From assembly GCA_963810445.1 (NCBI GenBank), contig CAWENZ010000052.1, positions 257 through 64,256 on the forward strand: a stretch of 64,000 nucleotides of DNA, in the 5' to 3' direction. Within the stretch, counting starts at the first letter, position 1. Every line of letters begins with the position of its first letter. Below the pieces are notes generated by a model. The model worked only from the letters and a program-made list of their open reading frames with translations. It had not been told where the DNA came from and did no database searches. Below, in pieces: positions 30,377 to 40,547 of this stretch. This DNA comes from an uncultured Verrucomicrobiae bacterium. GTDB taxonomy: Bacteria; Verrucomicrobiota; Verrucomicrobiia; Verrucomicrobiales; Akkermansiaceae. The translations under genes and the position numbers were made by a program.

Positions 30377-31194
30377 ATGCAAGGTGCCTGTCTCGTATGT
30401 TCCGTCATCGTTCTCCTTTCCGCCTGCGCTCCCGGAGGTCCGCCCACTGGACCAGCGCCGACATCAGCCATCCATCTCACCGCCTCTCAGAAGTCGGCCA
30501 TCGGCAAAAAAATCTGGCAGAACGAATGCGCCGGGACGGTGTCCGGTTTGACAACCTGGAACGCTGGCGAGGAATTTCCCTCCCTCGGGATCGGTCATTT
30601 CATCTGGTATCCCCCGGGGTTTCAGGGGCGCTTCGAGGAAAGCTGGCCAAAGTTCACCGCCTTTGCCCGCCAACGCGGCGTGAAAATGCCTGCTGTCGCG
30701 CTTGAAACCCACAGTCCGTGGACGTCCAAAAAGCAGTTCACGAGTGAGTTCAATGGAGCACGGATGACGGAGTTGCGGAACTGGCTGGCGGCAAACGTCG
30801 GCCTTCAGACGGATTTCATCATGGCCCGCTCCCAAGCGGCCCTTGCCAAGATTGTTGCAGAGGCACCTTCATCCGAACGGACAAAGATCGCAGCGAACTA
30901 TCGAAAGGTCGCCACCACTCCACAAGGAACCTACGCGTTGATCGATTACGTGAATTTCAAGGGCGAGGGCATCCAGGCTTCGGAGCGATACAACGGCCAG
31001 GGCTGGGGATTGATGCAGGTGTTAGGTGGAATGAGGGAAGTTTCCGAGGGAGCCTGCCAGCAGCAACGGAATTTTCCGCCTCGGCCAAGCGGGTTCTCGC
31101 CCGCAGGGTTTCAAATTCCCCTCCGGATCGTGGCGAAAAACGCTGGCTCGCCGGATGGAACAACCGCTGCGATTCCTATGCGAAGCCTCTCTGA
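30377..31194 (+). CDS. Conserved hypothetical lipoprotein (frameshift near 31055)
   Basis: LSAC lipobox; KIWQNE, WNAGEEFPSLGIGHFIWYP, DYVNFKGEG; shifted frame ends EKRWLAGWNNRCDSY. Confidence 0.75.
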
Positions 31195-31291
31195 CTGAAC
31201 GTGATCGGTGGATCTTGTTGAGGCGAATCGCTCTTCCATCTGGCGGAGAATTCCGGTGGGTCTCTAGTTACCGGGCATTTCGGCCCAGTGA

Positions 31292-31306
31292 TGGCACGTG
31301 CGGTGC
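31292..31306 (+). promoter_or_regulatory. Sigma-54-type promoter (-24/-12) upstream of urtB
   Basis: TGGCACGTGCGGTGC = GG-N10-GC. Confidence 0.55.
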
Positions 31307-31323
31307 TTTCCCCGCCAAGGCCA

Positions 31324-33066
31324 ATGAGGAGTTCGATCGCCATCAGGGTCCCCCACCCCCTCGTGACCTGCCTGCTGCTGGGAATCGCGTGCATTTCCGC
31401 GGCCCTCGGACAAGAAGCCAAGGTCAAGCCCGTCAGGGAGGTCATCGCCTCCGCCGTTGCGGAGACGAGTCCCGCGAAACAGCGGGAAATCATCCTCACC
31501 CTGAAGCTCACGCCGACTCCTGAGGCGGTGACATGGTTTGAAAAATGGAAGACCGGCGAGATTTTCCTCCACGAGGAAACCGATGGAGCCCTGACCCCTC
31601 TCCTGCTAACAGGATCCGCCGACGGTGATTTCAAGTTCGCCACGATCAAGCTGTCGGACGGCAGCCCCTTTCTCGATGCGGCCGGAAACCCGGTGAGGAT
31701 CAATCCCAAGGAGGTTGAGTTCGCGGACACCAGTTCGGGGCTGCGCCGGGCGATGAAGGAGGTGGCGGATCTCGTCGCGCTGGCGGATCCGGATCTAACC
31801 AAGAGAATCCGCGCCATCCAGGATTCGGCGATCGGCCAGAAAGCCGAAAAACTCCCTGCCCTGCTGGAGCTCCAGAAAACCGAGAAGGATTCCAAGGCAC
31901 TCCGGGCTCTCAAGGAATCCATCGCGATCATCCAACTACGTTCGACAGTTCCGGAGGAACGGGTGGCAGCCTGCAAAACCCTGGGCGACCTCGGATCACT
32001 GGCGGCCAAGGACACCATCAAGGTCATCCTAACCGAAGCCGGGGCGGCCAAGGACGCGCCCACCGTCAAGGCGGCCACCGCGGCCCTTGCTGCCATTGAA
32101 ACCCATATTTCCACGATCAACGCCATAGGAACCGCCTTCCGGGGCATATCCCTGGGTTCGGTCCTGCTGGTCGTCGCGATCGGCCTTGCCATCACCTTCG
32201 GGCTGATGGGCGTCATCAACATGGCGCACGGCGAGTTCATCGCGATCGGCGCCTACACCACCTACGTCATCCAGAACATCTTCGCCACCGGGCTGAACAT
32301 TTCTCCTTTCGGGAAATCCCTCTCGATTCCCGGCATGAACCTGCCACCGGAAAAAATGGGTCTGTATTTCGTGGTGGCCTTGCCGGCCAGCTTCCTGGTC
32401 GCTGCCTTGGTGGGCATCGCGCTCGAGCGCTCCGTCATCCGCTTCCTCTACAAGCGCCCGCTCGAATCCCTGCTCGCGACATGGGGCATTTCCCTGGTGC
32501 TCCAGCAGATTTTAAAATTCATCTTCGGCTCCGCCAACGTCCAGGTAACAAGCCCCTCCTGGCTATCGGGAAACTGGACCATCAACGACGTGGTCTTCGG
32601 CTGGAACCGTGTATTCGTCATCGGTTTCGCGACCCTGATCATCGTGATCACGTGGCTCATTCTCAACAAGACCTCGCTCGGACTTCTCATCCGCGCCGTC
32701 ATGCAGAACCGCAACATGGCCGCCTGCATGGGCGTCCGCACGGAGCGCGTCAACATGCTGACCTTCGCCTTCGGCTGCGGACTCGCCGGACTCGCCGGCG
32801 CATTCCTCTCGCAGCTCGCCAATGTCGGTCCCCAGATGGGCCAACTCTACATCGTGGACTCCTTCATGACCGTGGTCGTTGGCGGGGTCGGCAACATCCT
32901 CGGCACCGTCATCAGCGCCCTCGGCATCGGCATGGCGGACCAGTCGCTCCAGCAGTATCTCGGCAATCCGGTGATCGGAAAGATTCTCGTCCTCGGCGCG
33001 ATCATCCTCTTCCTGCAATGGCGTCCGGCAGGCCTCTTCGTCACCCGTTCCCGCAGCCTTGACTAA
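31324..33066 (+). CDS. urtB: Urea ABC transporter permease UrtB with N-terminal HEAT-like extension
   Basis: GLAITFGLMGVINMAHGE, YKRPLESLLATWG, YIVDSFMTVVVGG. Confidence 0.92.
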   Translation: MRSSIAIRVPHPLVTCLLLGIACISAALGQEAKVKPVREVIASAVAETSPAKQREIILTLKLTPTPEAVTWFEKWKTGEIFLHEETDGALTPLLLTGSADGDFKFATIKLSDGSPFLDAAGNPVRINPKEVEFADTSSGLRRAMKEVADLVALADPDLTKRIRAIQDSAIGQKAEKLPALLELQKTEKDSKALRALKESIAIIQLRSTVPEERVAACKTLGDLGSLAAKDTIKVILTEAGAAKDAPTVKAATAALAAIETHISTINAIGTAFRGISLGSVLLVVAIGLAITFGLMGVINMAHGEFIAIGAYTTYVIQNIFATGLNISPFGKSLSIPGMNLPPEKMGLYFVVALPASFLVAALVGIALERSVIRFLYKRPLESLLATWGISLVLQQILKFIFGSANVQVTSPSWLSGNWTINDVVFGWNRVFVIGFATLIIVITWLILNKTSLGLLIRAVMQNRNMAACMGVRTERVNMLTFAFGCGLAGLAGAFLSQLANVGPQMGQLYIVDSFMTVVVGGVGNILGTVISALGIGMADQSLQQYLGNPVIGKILVLGAIILFLQWRPAGLFVTRSRSLD

Positions 33067-33069
33067 CTG

Positions 33070-34201
33070 ATGAACAAGCCGCCCATCACCAGCAAAGTCC
33101 AGTTGCCCCTGCTGATCGTCGCCGCGGTCTTCTTCGTCGTGGTCCTGCCGATGCTCAACGCATTCGGCTATGTCTAGGACTTCACCTTGGGGAACTGGGG
33201 AAAATACCTCTGCTACGGCATCCTCGCGATCTCCATCGACCTGCTCTGGGGCTACACCGGCCTGCTTTGCCTCGGCCAGGCGCTGTTCTTCACCCTCGGC
33301 GGCTACATGATGGGGATGCACCTCATGCGCGCGATCGGCGGCACCGAAATGCCGGATTTCCTCGAGCATGTTAGGTCGTCAGAAATGGCCATCGTTTTTC
33401 ATACCGTTCACCAGTTTTCCCTTTGCCTTCGCCATGATGATCCTGGTGCCGGGACTGTTGGCACTGGTTTTCGGATACCTCGCATTCCGCTCCCGGATCA
33501 AGGGGGTCTATTTCTCCATCCTCACCCAGGCGCTCACCTACGGGGCAGCGCTGCTGTTTTTCCGCAACGAAACCCTCATGGGCGGCAACAACGGCTTCAC
33601 GAATTCCAAGACGCTGCTCGGATTTTCATTGAGCGAGGCATCGACCAAGCGCGGCCTCTACATCGCCACCGCCATCCTGCTGGTGCTTGTGGTCGCCGGC
33701 TGCAAATGGCTGACGAACTCGCGCTTCGGCCTCATCCAGCGGGCCATCCGCGATTCGGAAAACCGCGTGCTTTTCTCCGGCTACGCCACCGCCAACTTCA
33801 AGCTCTTCGTCTTCGTCATCAGCGCCATCATCGCCAGCCTCGCCGGTGCGCTCTTCGTCCCGCAGGTCGGCATCATCAATCCCAGCGAGATGGACACCGG
33901 CAAATCGCTCGAAGCCGTCGTCTGGGTCGCGGTCGGCGGACGCGGCACCATCATCGGCCCCATCGTCGGCGCGATCAGCGTGAACGCGCTCAAGAGTTGG
34001 GCGACCACCGGTGCCACCGCGGATTTCTGGCCGCTCATGCTCGGCGGATCCTTCGTCCTCGTCGTGCTTTTCATGCCGAAGGGCATCGTGGGAATTCCCG
34101 GTCAGATCCAGGGACTTTTCCGGAAACTGAAGCGCAAGGAGGAGGAACCCGAGATCCCGGAAAGCCTAGCCGAAACGAACGCCCCCTCCGCCGATCCGTA
34201 A
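33070..34201 (+). CDS. urtC: Urea ABC transporter permease UrtC (in-frame TAG at 33175, frameshift near 33370)
   Basis: [54 protein letters not shown]. Confidence 0.88.
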
Positions 34202-34219
34202 GCACGCAACCCATCGATC

Positions 34220-34993
34220 ATGAGCCAAAAACCATTCCTGCTCGCCGCCGAAGGACTCAACCAGTCCTTCGATGGCTTCAAGGCCATCAACGACCTGAAC
34301 TTCTATCTGGACGAGGGCGAGCTGCGCACCGTCATCGGACCTAACGGCGCGGGCAAGACCACCTTCCTCGATCTCATCACCGGACGCACCAAGCCGGAGA
34401 AGGGCACCCTGAAATGGGACGACGGGAAACACGATCTCCTCAAGCTGAACGAATACGAGATCTATCGGCTCGGCATCGGGCGCAAGTTCCAGACCCCGAC
34501 CGTTTACAACGACCACACCGTGACGGAGAACCTCATGCTGTCCCTCGCTGGATCACGCGGCATCTGGCACAGCCTCTTCGGCAAGGTCACTCCCGCACCA
34601 GCGCGACCGCATCGCGGAGATCCTCTCCACCATCAAGCTCAGCCGACCACGCGCTACCGCAAGGCCGGCATCCTCGCCCACGGCCAGAAGCAGTGGCTGG
34701 AAATCGGCATGCTGCTCGCCCAGGAAGCAAGGCTGCTGCTCGTCGATGAACCCGCCGCCGGCATGACCGACGAGGAAACCTACCGCACCGGCGAACTTCT
34801 GCTATCGCTCGCCGGCAAGCACACCATCGTCGTCATCGAGCACGACATGACCTTCGTCCGGCAGATTTCCCAAGGGCGCAAGGTCACCGTGCTCCACCAG
34901 GGCCACGTGCTTTGCGAGGGTCCGGTCGACCAGGTGCAGTCCGACGAACGCGTGATCGAGGTCTATCTCGGCCGCAAATCCAAAGCCGCATGA
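34220..34993 (+). CDS. urtD: Urea ABC transporter ATPase UrtD (likely local compensating frameshifts near 34600-34650)
   Basis: FDGFKAIN, GPNGAGKTT, GIGRKFQTP, HGQKQWLEIGM. Confidence 0.9.
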   Translation: MSQKPFLLAAEGLNQSFDGFKAINDLNFYLDEGELRTVIGPNGAGKTTFLDLITGRTKPEKGTLKWDDGKHDLLKLNEYEIYRLGIGRKFQTPTVYNDHTVTENLMLSLAGSRGIWHSLFGKVTPAPARPHRGDPLHHQAQPTTRYRKAGILAHGQKQWLEIGMLLAQEARLLLVDEPAAGMTDEETYRTGELLLSLAGKHTIVVIEHDMTFVRQISQGRKVTVLHQGHVLCEGPVDQVQSDERVIEVYLGRKSKAA

Positions 34994-35720
34994 CCGCCAC
35001 ACCGACTGAACCACCGAATGCCTGACGATCTCGAACCTTCGGGTTTCCATCGGCGGCAGCGCCATCCTGCGCGGCGTCAACCTCACCATCCGTCCCAAGA
35101 CGGTTTTCTGCCTGATGGGCCGCAACGGCGTCGGCAAGAGCACCACGCTCAAGGCGCTCATGGGCCTGCTCTCCGCGGACTCCGGTCACATCACGCTCGG
35201 GGAAACAATCGCTCGATCGATTTGTCCTCGGCGGATCGTGCCCGCATGGGTCTCGGCTACGTGCCGCAAGGTCGTGAGATCTTTCCCCACCTCACCGTCG
35301 AGGAGAACCTCTTCATCGGCCTCAACGCCCGCGGCCGGAAGCGCGACGCCGAAGCAAACGGACCGCATCTACACCTTGTTCCCCATCATCAAGGAGTTCC
35401 TCCACCGCAAGGGCGGAATGCTCTCCGGCGGCCAGCAACAGCAACTCGCCATCGGCCGCGCATTGCTTACCAATCCCAAGCTCCTGATCCTCGACGAACC
35501 GACGGAAGGCATCCAGCCGAACATCATCGACCAGATCGGCGATGCCATCAAGATGCTCCGCGACGAAGGCGAGATGGCAATTCTTCTCGTCGAGCAGTAT
35601 CTCGATTTCTGCAAGGAACTCGGGGATGACTTCGCCATCCTCGAACGCGGGTCCGTCGCGGCCTCAGACGAGATGGCGAACCTAACGGATGATATCGTCA
35701 AGGAGTTCCTGACCGTTTGA
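34990..35720 (+). CDS. urtE: Urea ABC transporter ATPase UrtE (several frameshifts)
   Basis: GRNGVGKST, GYVPQGREIFP, LSGGQQQQLAIGR, DEPTEGIQP spread over different frames. Confidence 0.88.
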
Positions 35721-35888
35721 CCGCCAGGGCCGCCGGGTTCGAGGGCTTATCCCATGGCTGGCACATACAACCGTGATGCTTTGATTCATAATCTCCGCTT
35801 CCGGAGATTAGTTTGATTCATCATGCTTCCACAATCGATCCATTGTATCAACCGTCGACAGGGATGCTGCTGATATTCCAATTCATTG

Positions 35889-35903
35889 TGGCACGCTTCA
35901 AGC
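35889..35903 (+). promoter_or_regulatory. Sigma-54-type promoter upstream of porin-urtA
   Basis: TGGCACGCTTCAAGC = GG-N10-GC, about 58 bp before the ATG at 35961. Confidence 0.55.
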
Positions 35904-35960
35904 TAACGCCCGCTTGGTGGGTTATATCCAGCTACCACTTCCATTAAAAATAGCAGAACC

Positions 35961-36797
35961 ATGAAAACCAAGTATTCAATCAATCGGATCAACGCGTCCC
36001 TCATCGCAATCACCCTCGCCACGGGCACTGCCTTTGCTGGTGAGGTCATGACGACGGCACCAATGGCCCCTGCGCCAAAGGATGACGTGATTTCGGGAGT
36101 TCTCTCGCTGTCGGCGAACTCACATTTCATTTCCTACGGAAACGACGTCTGGGGTGATGGCTCGTCCATGTCGGACCTCGGATTCAACCCGAGCCTTGAA
36201 TTCACCTTCGCACTTCCTGAGAATTTCTCGTTGATTCTCGGCACCTGGTGGGATGTCAACAGCAAGGGCACCCCATCCATCGGCGGCAACATCCAGGAAA
36301 TCGACGTTTGGGCCGGGATTGGCTGGTCCATCGACAAGTTTTCGATCACCACCACCTATCAGGCATGGAATTTCAACAGCTCGACCGAGCAGATCATCGA
36401 CGTCAAGCTGGCCTATGACTGCTTCCTCTCGCCATCCCTCTTGTTCCACAACCGTATCGACGAAGGTGGTTCCGGAGGAGCCAATGGCACGATCGTGGTG
36501 GCTGGCATCAGCCACTCCATCGAGGCTGGTCCGCTTTCGATCTCATTCCCTGCAAATTTCGCCGCTTCGCTCGGTGACAACTACCACAGGGCAACGGGTG
36601 CCGGAAGCGACAGTGGTTACGCCTACACTTCCGCCGGAGTTCAAGCCACTTATCCACTCACTTTCCTGGGTGATACCTATGGCGAGTGGAATCTGAATGG
36701 TGGCCTCACCTACTACTGGACCAACGGCCCCGTTGCCCCGAACAACCCGACCAATCACTTCCTTACCTATAACTTCGGTCTCGCTGCGAGTTTCTGA
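35961..36797 (+). CDS. Outer-membrane beta-barrel protein (putative porin)
   Basis: Signal peptide, alternating beta-strand pattern, terminal Phe. Confidence 0.75.
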   Translation: MKTKYSINRINASLIAITLATGTAFAGEVMTTAPMAPAPKDDVISGVLSLSANSHFISYGNDVWGDGSSMSDLGFNPSLEFTFALPENFSLILGTWWDVNSKGTPSIGGNIQEIDVWAGIGWSIDKFSITTTYQAWNFNSSTEQIIDVKLAYDCFLSPSLLFHNRIDEGGSGGANGTIVVAGISHSIEAGPLSISFPANFAASLGDNYHRATGAGSDSGYAYTSAGVQATYPLTFLGDTYGEWNLNGGLTYYWTNGPVAPNNPTNHFLTYNFGLAASF

Positions 36798-36921
36798 TCG
36801 CAAATCTTGTTGTTGCTGAATCGGTTGTGGCGGAAGGGGTGGATTGATCACCTGGTATCAATTCCCTTCCGCTAGTTTCCGGTGCGTTTTCTCATCAAAC
36901 CTCAATACATATTCCAAGTCC

Positions 36922-38168
36922 ATGATCTCCCGTTTAATCCCCTCCGCACTCGCCGCGGTCGCACTTTCCTCCTACTCGGTTTGCGCCGAGGAGACGGTCA
37001 AGGTCGGCGTGCTCCACTCCCTCAGCGGCACCATGGCCATCAGCGAGACCTCGCTGCGCGACGTCCTCCTCTTCACCTTCGACGAGATCAACGCCGCCGG
37101 CGGCGTCATGGGCAAGAAGATCGAGCCCGTCGTCGTCGACGGCGCCTCCAACTGGCCGCTCTTCGCCGAGAAGGCCAAGCAGCTCCTCGAGCAGGACAAG
37201 GTCGCCGTCACCTTCGGTTGCTGGACCTCGGTCAGCCGCAAGTCCGTGCTGCCCGTCTTCGAGGAAAAGAAAGGCCTGCTCTTCTACCCCGTGCAATACG
37301 AGGGCGAGGAAATGTCACCGAACATCTTCTACACCGCCGAGGCCGTGAACCAGCAGGCGACCCCCGCCGTCGACTACATGCTCGCGGAAGGCAAGAAGAA
37401 GTTCTACCTGATCGGCTCCGACTACGTCTATCCGCAGACCACCAACCTGGTGCTTCTCGAGTATCTCCTCAGCAAGGGCGTGCCGCTCGAGAACATCGGC
37501 GGCGGTTTCAGCAAGGACGCGGATGGCAAGATCATCTCGGCCGGCAAATACACCCCGTTCGGCCACACCGACTACCAGCAGATCGTCTCGGAGATCAAGC
37601 AGTTCGCCGCCAGCGGTGACGCCTGCGTCATCAACACGCTGAACGGCGACACCAACGTTCCGTTCTTCAAGGAGTACGCCGCTGCCGGTCTCGACGCCGA
37701 GACCTGCCCGGTGGTCAGCTTCTCGATCTCCGAGGACGAGTTCCGCGGCCTGCCCGCCAACCAGCTCGTCGGCCAGCTCGGCTGCTGGACCTACTTCCAG
37801 TCGATCAAGACCCCGGAGAACAAGAAGTTCATCAAGAACTTCCAGGCCTGGCTCGCGAAGACCGACGTTCCCGGCATCGTCAAGGAAGGCCGCGTGACCT
37901 GCTCGCCGATGGTGCTTTCCTACGACGGCGTCTATCTCTGGAAGGCCGCGGTCGAGAAGGCCAAGAGCTTCGAGTCGACAAGGTGATGGCCGCCCTCGAG
38001 AGCGGCATCAGCTTCGACGGCCCGGGCGGCACGGTGACCACCCAAAAGAACCACCACCTCACCAAGAACGTCTATATCGGCGAAACCAAGGCCGACGGCC
38101 AGTTCAAGATCCTGAAGGAATACAAGGGCGTTGTTGGCGAACCCTTCCTGAAAGGTACCTACAAGTAG
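36922..38168 (+). CDS. urtA: Urea ABC transporter substrate-binding protein UrtA (frameshift near 37975)
   Basis: [49 protein letters not shown]. Confidence 0.93.
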
Positions 38169-38230
38169 GTTCTAAATCGCGGGGACCGGACTCACCATCC
38201 GGCCCCGTAGTTGATCGGTTGTTGTGACTC

Positions 38231-38265
38231 AATGCCCGCGAGTTTCTCGCGGGCATTGTTTTTTG
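38231..38265 (+). terminator. Rho-independent terminator after urtA
   Basis: AATGCCCGCGAG-TTT-CTCGCGGGCATT followed by GTTTTTT. Confidence 0.85.
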
Positions 38266-38349
38266 TCTTGTGAGGACTTTTCCCGAGAAGCAAATCGGCC
38301 GTCACTCCATTTTCAATTCATTCTCCCTAAGAGGCTGTCTTAGAAATGG

Positions 38350-40276
38350 ATAGAGGTAGGAACGACGCATTGGTTTGCGCCGCTCCCCCCTCCGAACCGT
38401 GCGTGCGGATCTCCCGCACACGGCTCTCCAGTCAGTGGTTTGCTCCTTGTCGGAGACTGATGGTTTCCGTGACTTTGGCGTCCAGCAGGCAAAAGAGCCC
38501 AAGCCCGGTAAAGTAGCGGTTCGGCCAGCGATGGTGATCCTGCCCACGGCCACGCCCCCTGCCGCCCCGCCGCTTTCTCAGGATGGAGCGCAGACGCATC
38601 CGCAACCATTGATCGATCTCACCCAACTCGCTGGGGTGAACGTGCTTGAAGTATCCGAACCAGCCTTTCAGCGTCCGGTTGATGTCCGCTACGATGGCGT
38701 CCATGCTTTTACCGTTGTTCCGGCGGGTCTTGGGTTTGATGGTTTCTCGCAGTTTGCGCAGGCTTTTGGGCCGCACCAACCGGATCAGACGCCCTCCCCG
38801 GCTTCTCTTGAAGCGATAACCGAGGAAGTCGAAATGACTGTCGGCCACGCCCATGTCCACCATGCGGGTTTTGTCCGGATGCAGGGTCAGCCCCGCTTCC
38901 ACCATCCATTCCCTTAACTTTTCCAGCGCGTTTCCGGCCTCTTCCTGGCTGCGGCATAGGACGACCATGTCGTCAGCATAACGCACCATTTCAAAACCGA
39001 GTCCGGCCATCAGCCAGTCTAACGGATCGAGGTAAATGTTGGCCAGCAGCGGGCTTATCACACCTCCTTGCGGCGTGCCTTCCCCTTTCGCTTCCCGCCA
39101 GTCCATTCCTTCAATCACTCCTTGTTTCAAGAACCCCTCGATCAGCCCCAGAACCCGTCCATCGGCAATGTGCTTGCGCACAAGTGCCATGAGCCGATCA
39201 TGGGGAATCGCGTCGAAGTAGCCCTTGATGTCCACGTCCACGACGTGTGTCTTTCCTGCGCGAAGCAGTTCCTCCACACGCCGCAACGCATCCTTGCAAC
39301 CGCGTCCGGGGCGGAAGCCGTAGCTGTGTTTGGCGAAGTGGTTTTCAAAGATTGGCTCAATGACCATTCTAACCGCCGCCTGCACCACGCGGTCGGTAAC
39401 CGTCGGGATTCCCAACGGCCGCTTTTCCGCGCTGCCCGGTTTTTCTATCCACACCCGTTTGACCGCCTTGGGTTGATAGATCCCTCGCTTCAGTTGCTCA
39501 TTCACGGCGAGCAGCCGACTCGGGCTGTCTTTTGCGAAGCGATCTATCGTGATGCCATCCACGCCGCAGGCCCCTGCGTTGGACTTCACCTTTTCCCAGG
39601 CCAGTCCAAGCGTTCTTTCCGACCAAACTTTGTCGATCAGGCTGAACCACTTGTTTCCTTTCAACCCTCTTTCGAGGGCCACCAGCATCGGCTCCGACCA
39701 CACTCCACGTTCGGCTTTGTGGCGCTGCCACAAGTCCTCTTCCGCCTGCTTATCCCTTGCGGGAACTGACACGGATGATTCTTCTTCGTGTTTCATGGTC
39801 TCGACCGTTCCACTTCCCTGCCGCCCTTTGTTCCACCGGTCGTTACTCGGCTTTGCACCGTGGTTCCGGTCTTTCCGGCGTTGGTTTTCCCACGGCTTGC
39901 TTGCACTCTTATTGCGGCTCTGACTTCTGCCCGGTCCCGCTTGCGCGGGTTCCTGCCCGGGCAGCTCTCAACGCTTCCACATGATACCTTCCCTGCGTTC
40001 TCACCCCAACCATCCACAACAACCCGTTTCTCCCTCGTGGACGAGGGATGTAAGGGGAAACGGTTACCGCTCATGCGGCAGGCTTCGCCATTCCCTGGAA
40101 GGCTCGCCGTTGTTATAAACCGAATCGGGTTCACTGTTATTTGGGACCGCAGGTCCGCCTTCGGCTGCTCTCCACCCCGTCTCGCGACGACGCAGTTGCC
40201 TTCGGCTGCTCTCCCGTAGCTCGTCTCGGGATGACTCAGACTTTCACTGGTTGATTTCATGTATGTGCGCTCGCAC
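38350..40276 (-). mobile_element. Group II intron (1927 nt)
   Basis: 5' GTGCG at 40276; domain V GAGCCGTGTGCGGGAGATCCGCACGCACGGTTC; 3' end CCTACCTCTAT at 38350; encodes RT. Confidence 0.92.
38432..39796 (-). CDS. ltrA: Group II intron reverse transcriptase/maturase, no C-terminal endonuclease domain
   Basis: GVDG, RPLGIPTVTDR, SYGFRPGR, GTPQGGVISPLLANIYL, RYADD, FDFLG, GWFGYF maturase X. Confidence 0.95.
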   Translation of the reverse strand: MKHEEESSVSVPARDKQAEEDLWQRHKAERGVWSEPMLVALERGLKGNKWFSLIDKVWSERTLGLAWEKVKSNAGACGVDGITIDRFAKDSPSRLLAVNEQLKRGIYQPKAVKRVWIEKPGSAEKRPLGIPTVTDRVVQAAVRMVIEPIFENHFAKHSYGFRPGRGCKDALRRVEELLRAGKTHVVDVDIKGYFDAIPHDRLMALVRKHIADGRVLGLIEGFLKQGVIEGMDWREAKGEGTPQGGVISPLLANIYLDPLDWLMAGLGFEMVRYADDMVVLCRSQEEAGNALEKLREWMVEAGLTLHPDKTRMVDMGVADSHFDFLGYRFKRSRGGRLIRLVRPKSLRKLRETIKPKTRRNNGKSMDAIVADINRTLKGWFGYFKHVHPSELGEIDQWLRMRLRSILRKRRGGRGRGRGQDHHRWPNRYFTGLGLFCLLDAKVTETISLRQGANH

Positions 40277-40406
40277 CAGGGACCGTTCTCCGCAACGGTC
40301 CCGCGAATGTGAGGCGAATGGATCCGCCCATGAAAAGCTCTTGAATCCATCCATGGTCGGACATTCACTTTCCATTCGCAGGACCGCCCGGAGGTCGATC
40401 CCTGCC
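40277..40406. repeat. Inverted REP doublet (REPIN-like) forming the intron target
   Basis: Rejoined exons give GGCAGGGACCGTTCTCCGCAACGGTCC; inverted partner GGACCGCCCGGAGGTCGATCCCTGCC at 40381..40406; spacer self-pairs (GCGAATG/CATTCGC). Confidence 0.7.
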
Positions 40407-40547
40407 TTCGGGTATTTTTCAGACAGCCTCTAAGGGAAGAACAGATGCACAACCCGACACATCCGTGACGCGTTGCAATTTGCAAACTTGAATCAGGGAG
40501 CTTTCAATGGTTCGTTAACCATCCCGCGAAATGCGCGGGATATCATC

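Larger units (their letters stand above)
38331..40430. mobile_element. MITE-like element (173 bp without the intron) interrupted by a group II intron
   Basis: Terminal inverted repeats GAGGCTGTCT (38331..38340) / AGACAGCCTC (40421..40430), TAA on both outer sides. Confidence 0.65.

Noticed and set aside
33175-33177. In-frame TAG in urtC as pyrrolysine or stop recoding
   Set aside because: Isolated case in an error-dense region; TAG is a normal stop elsewhere (kdpA-adjacent tag at 12004, urtA at 38168); no pyl genes in the window.
38432-39796. RT as retron, DGR or CRISPR-associated RT
   Set aside because: It lies within clear group II intron ends and domain V and has a maturase X domain.
38350-40300. 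Class IIC (terminator-targeting) assignment because a hairpin precedes the insertion
   Set aside because: Domain V is full length with an AGC triad, unlike the shortened CGC-type domain V of IIC; class left unassigned.
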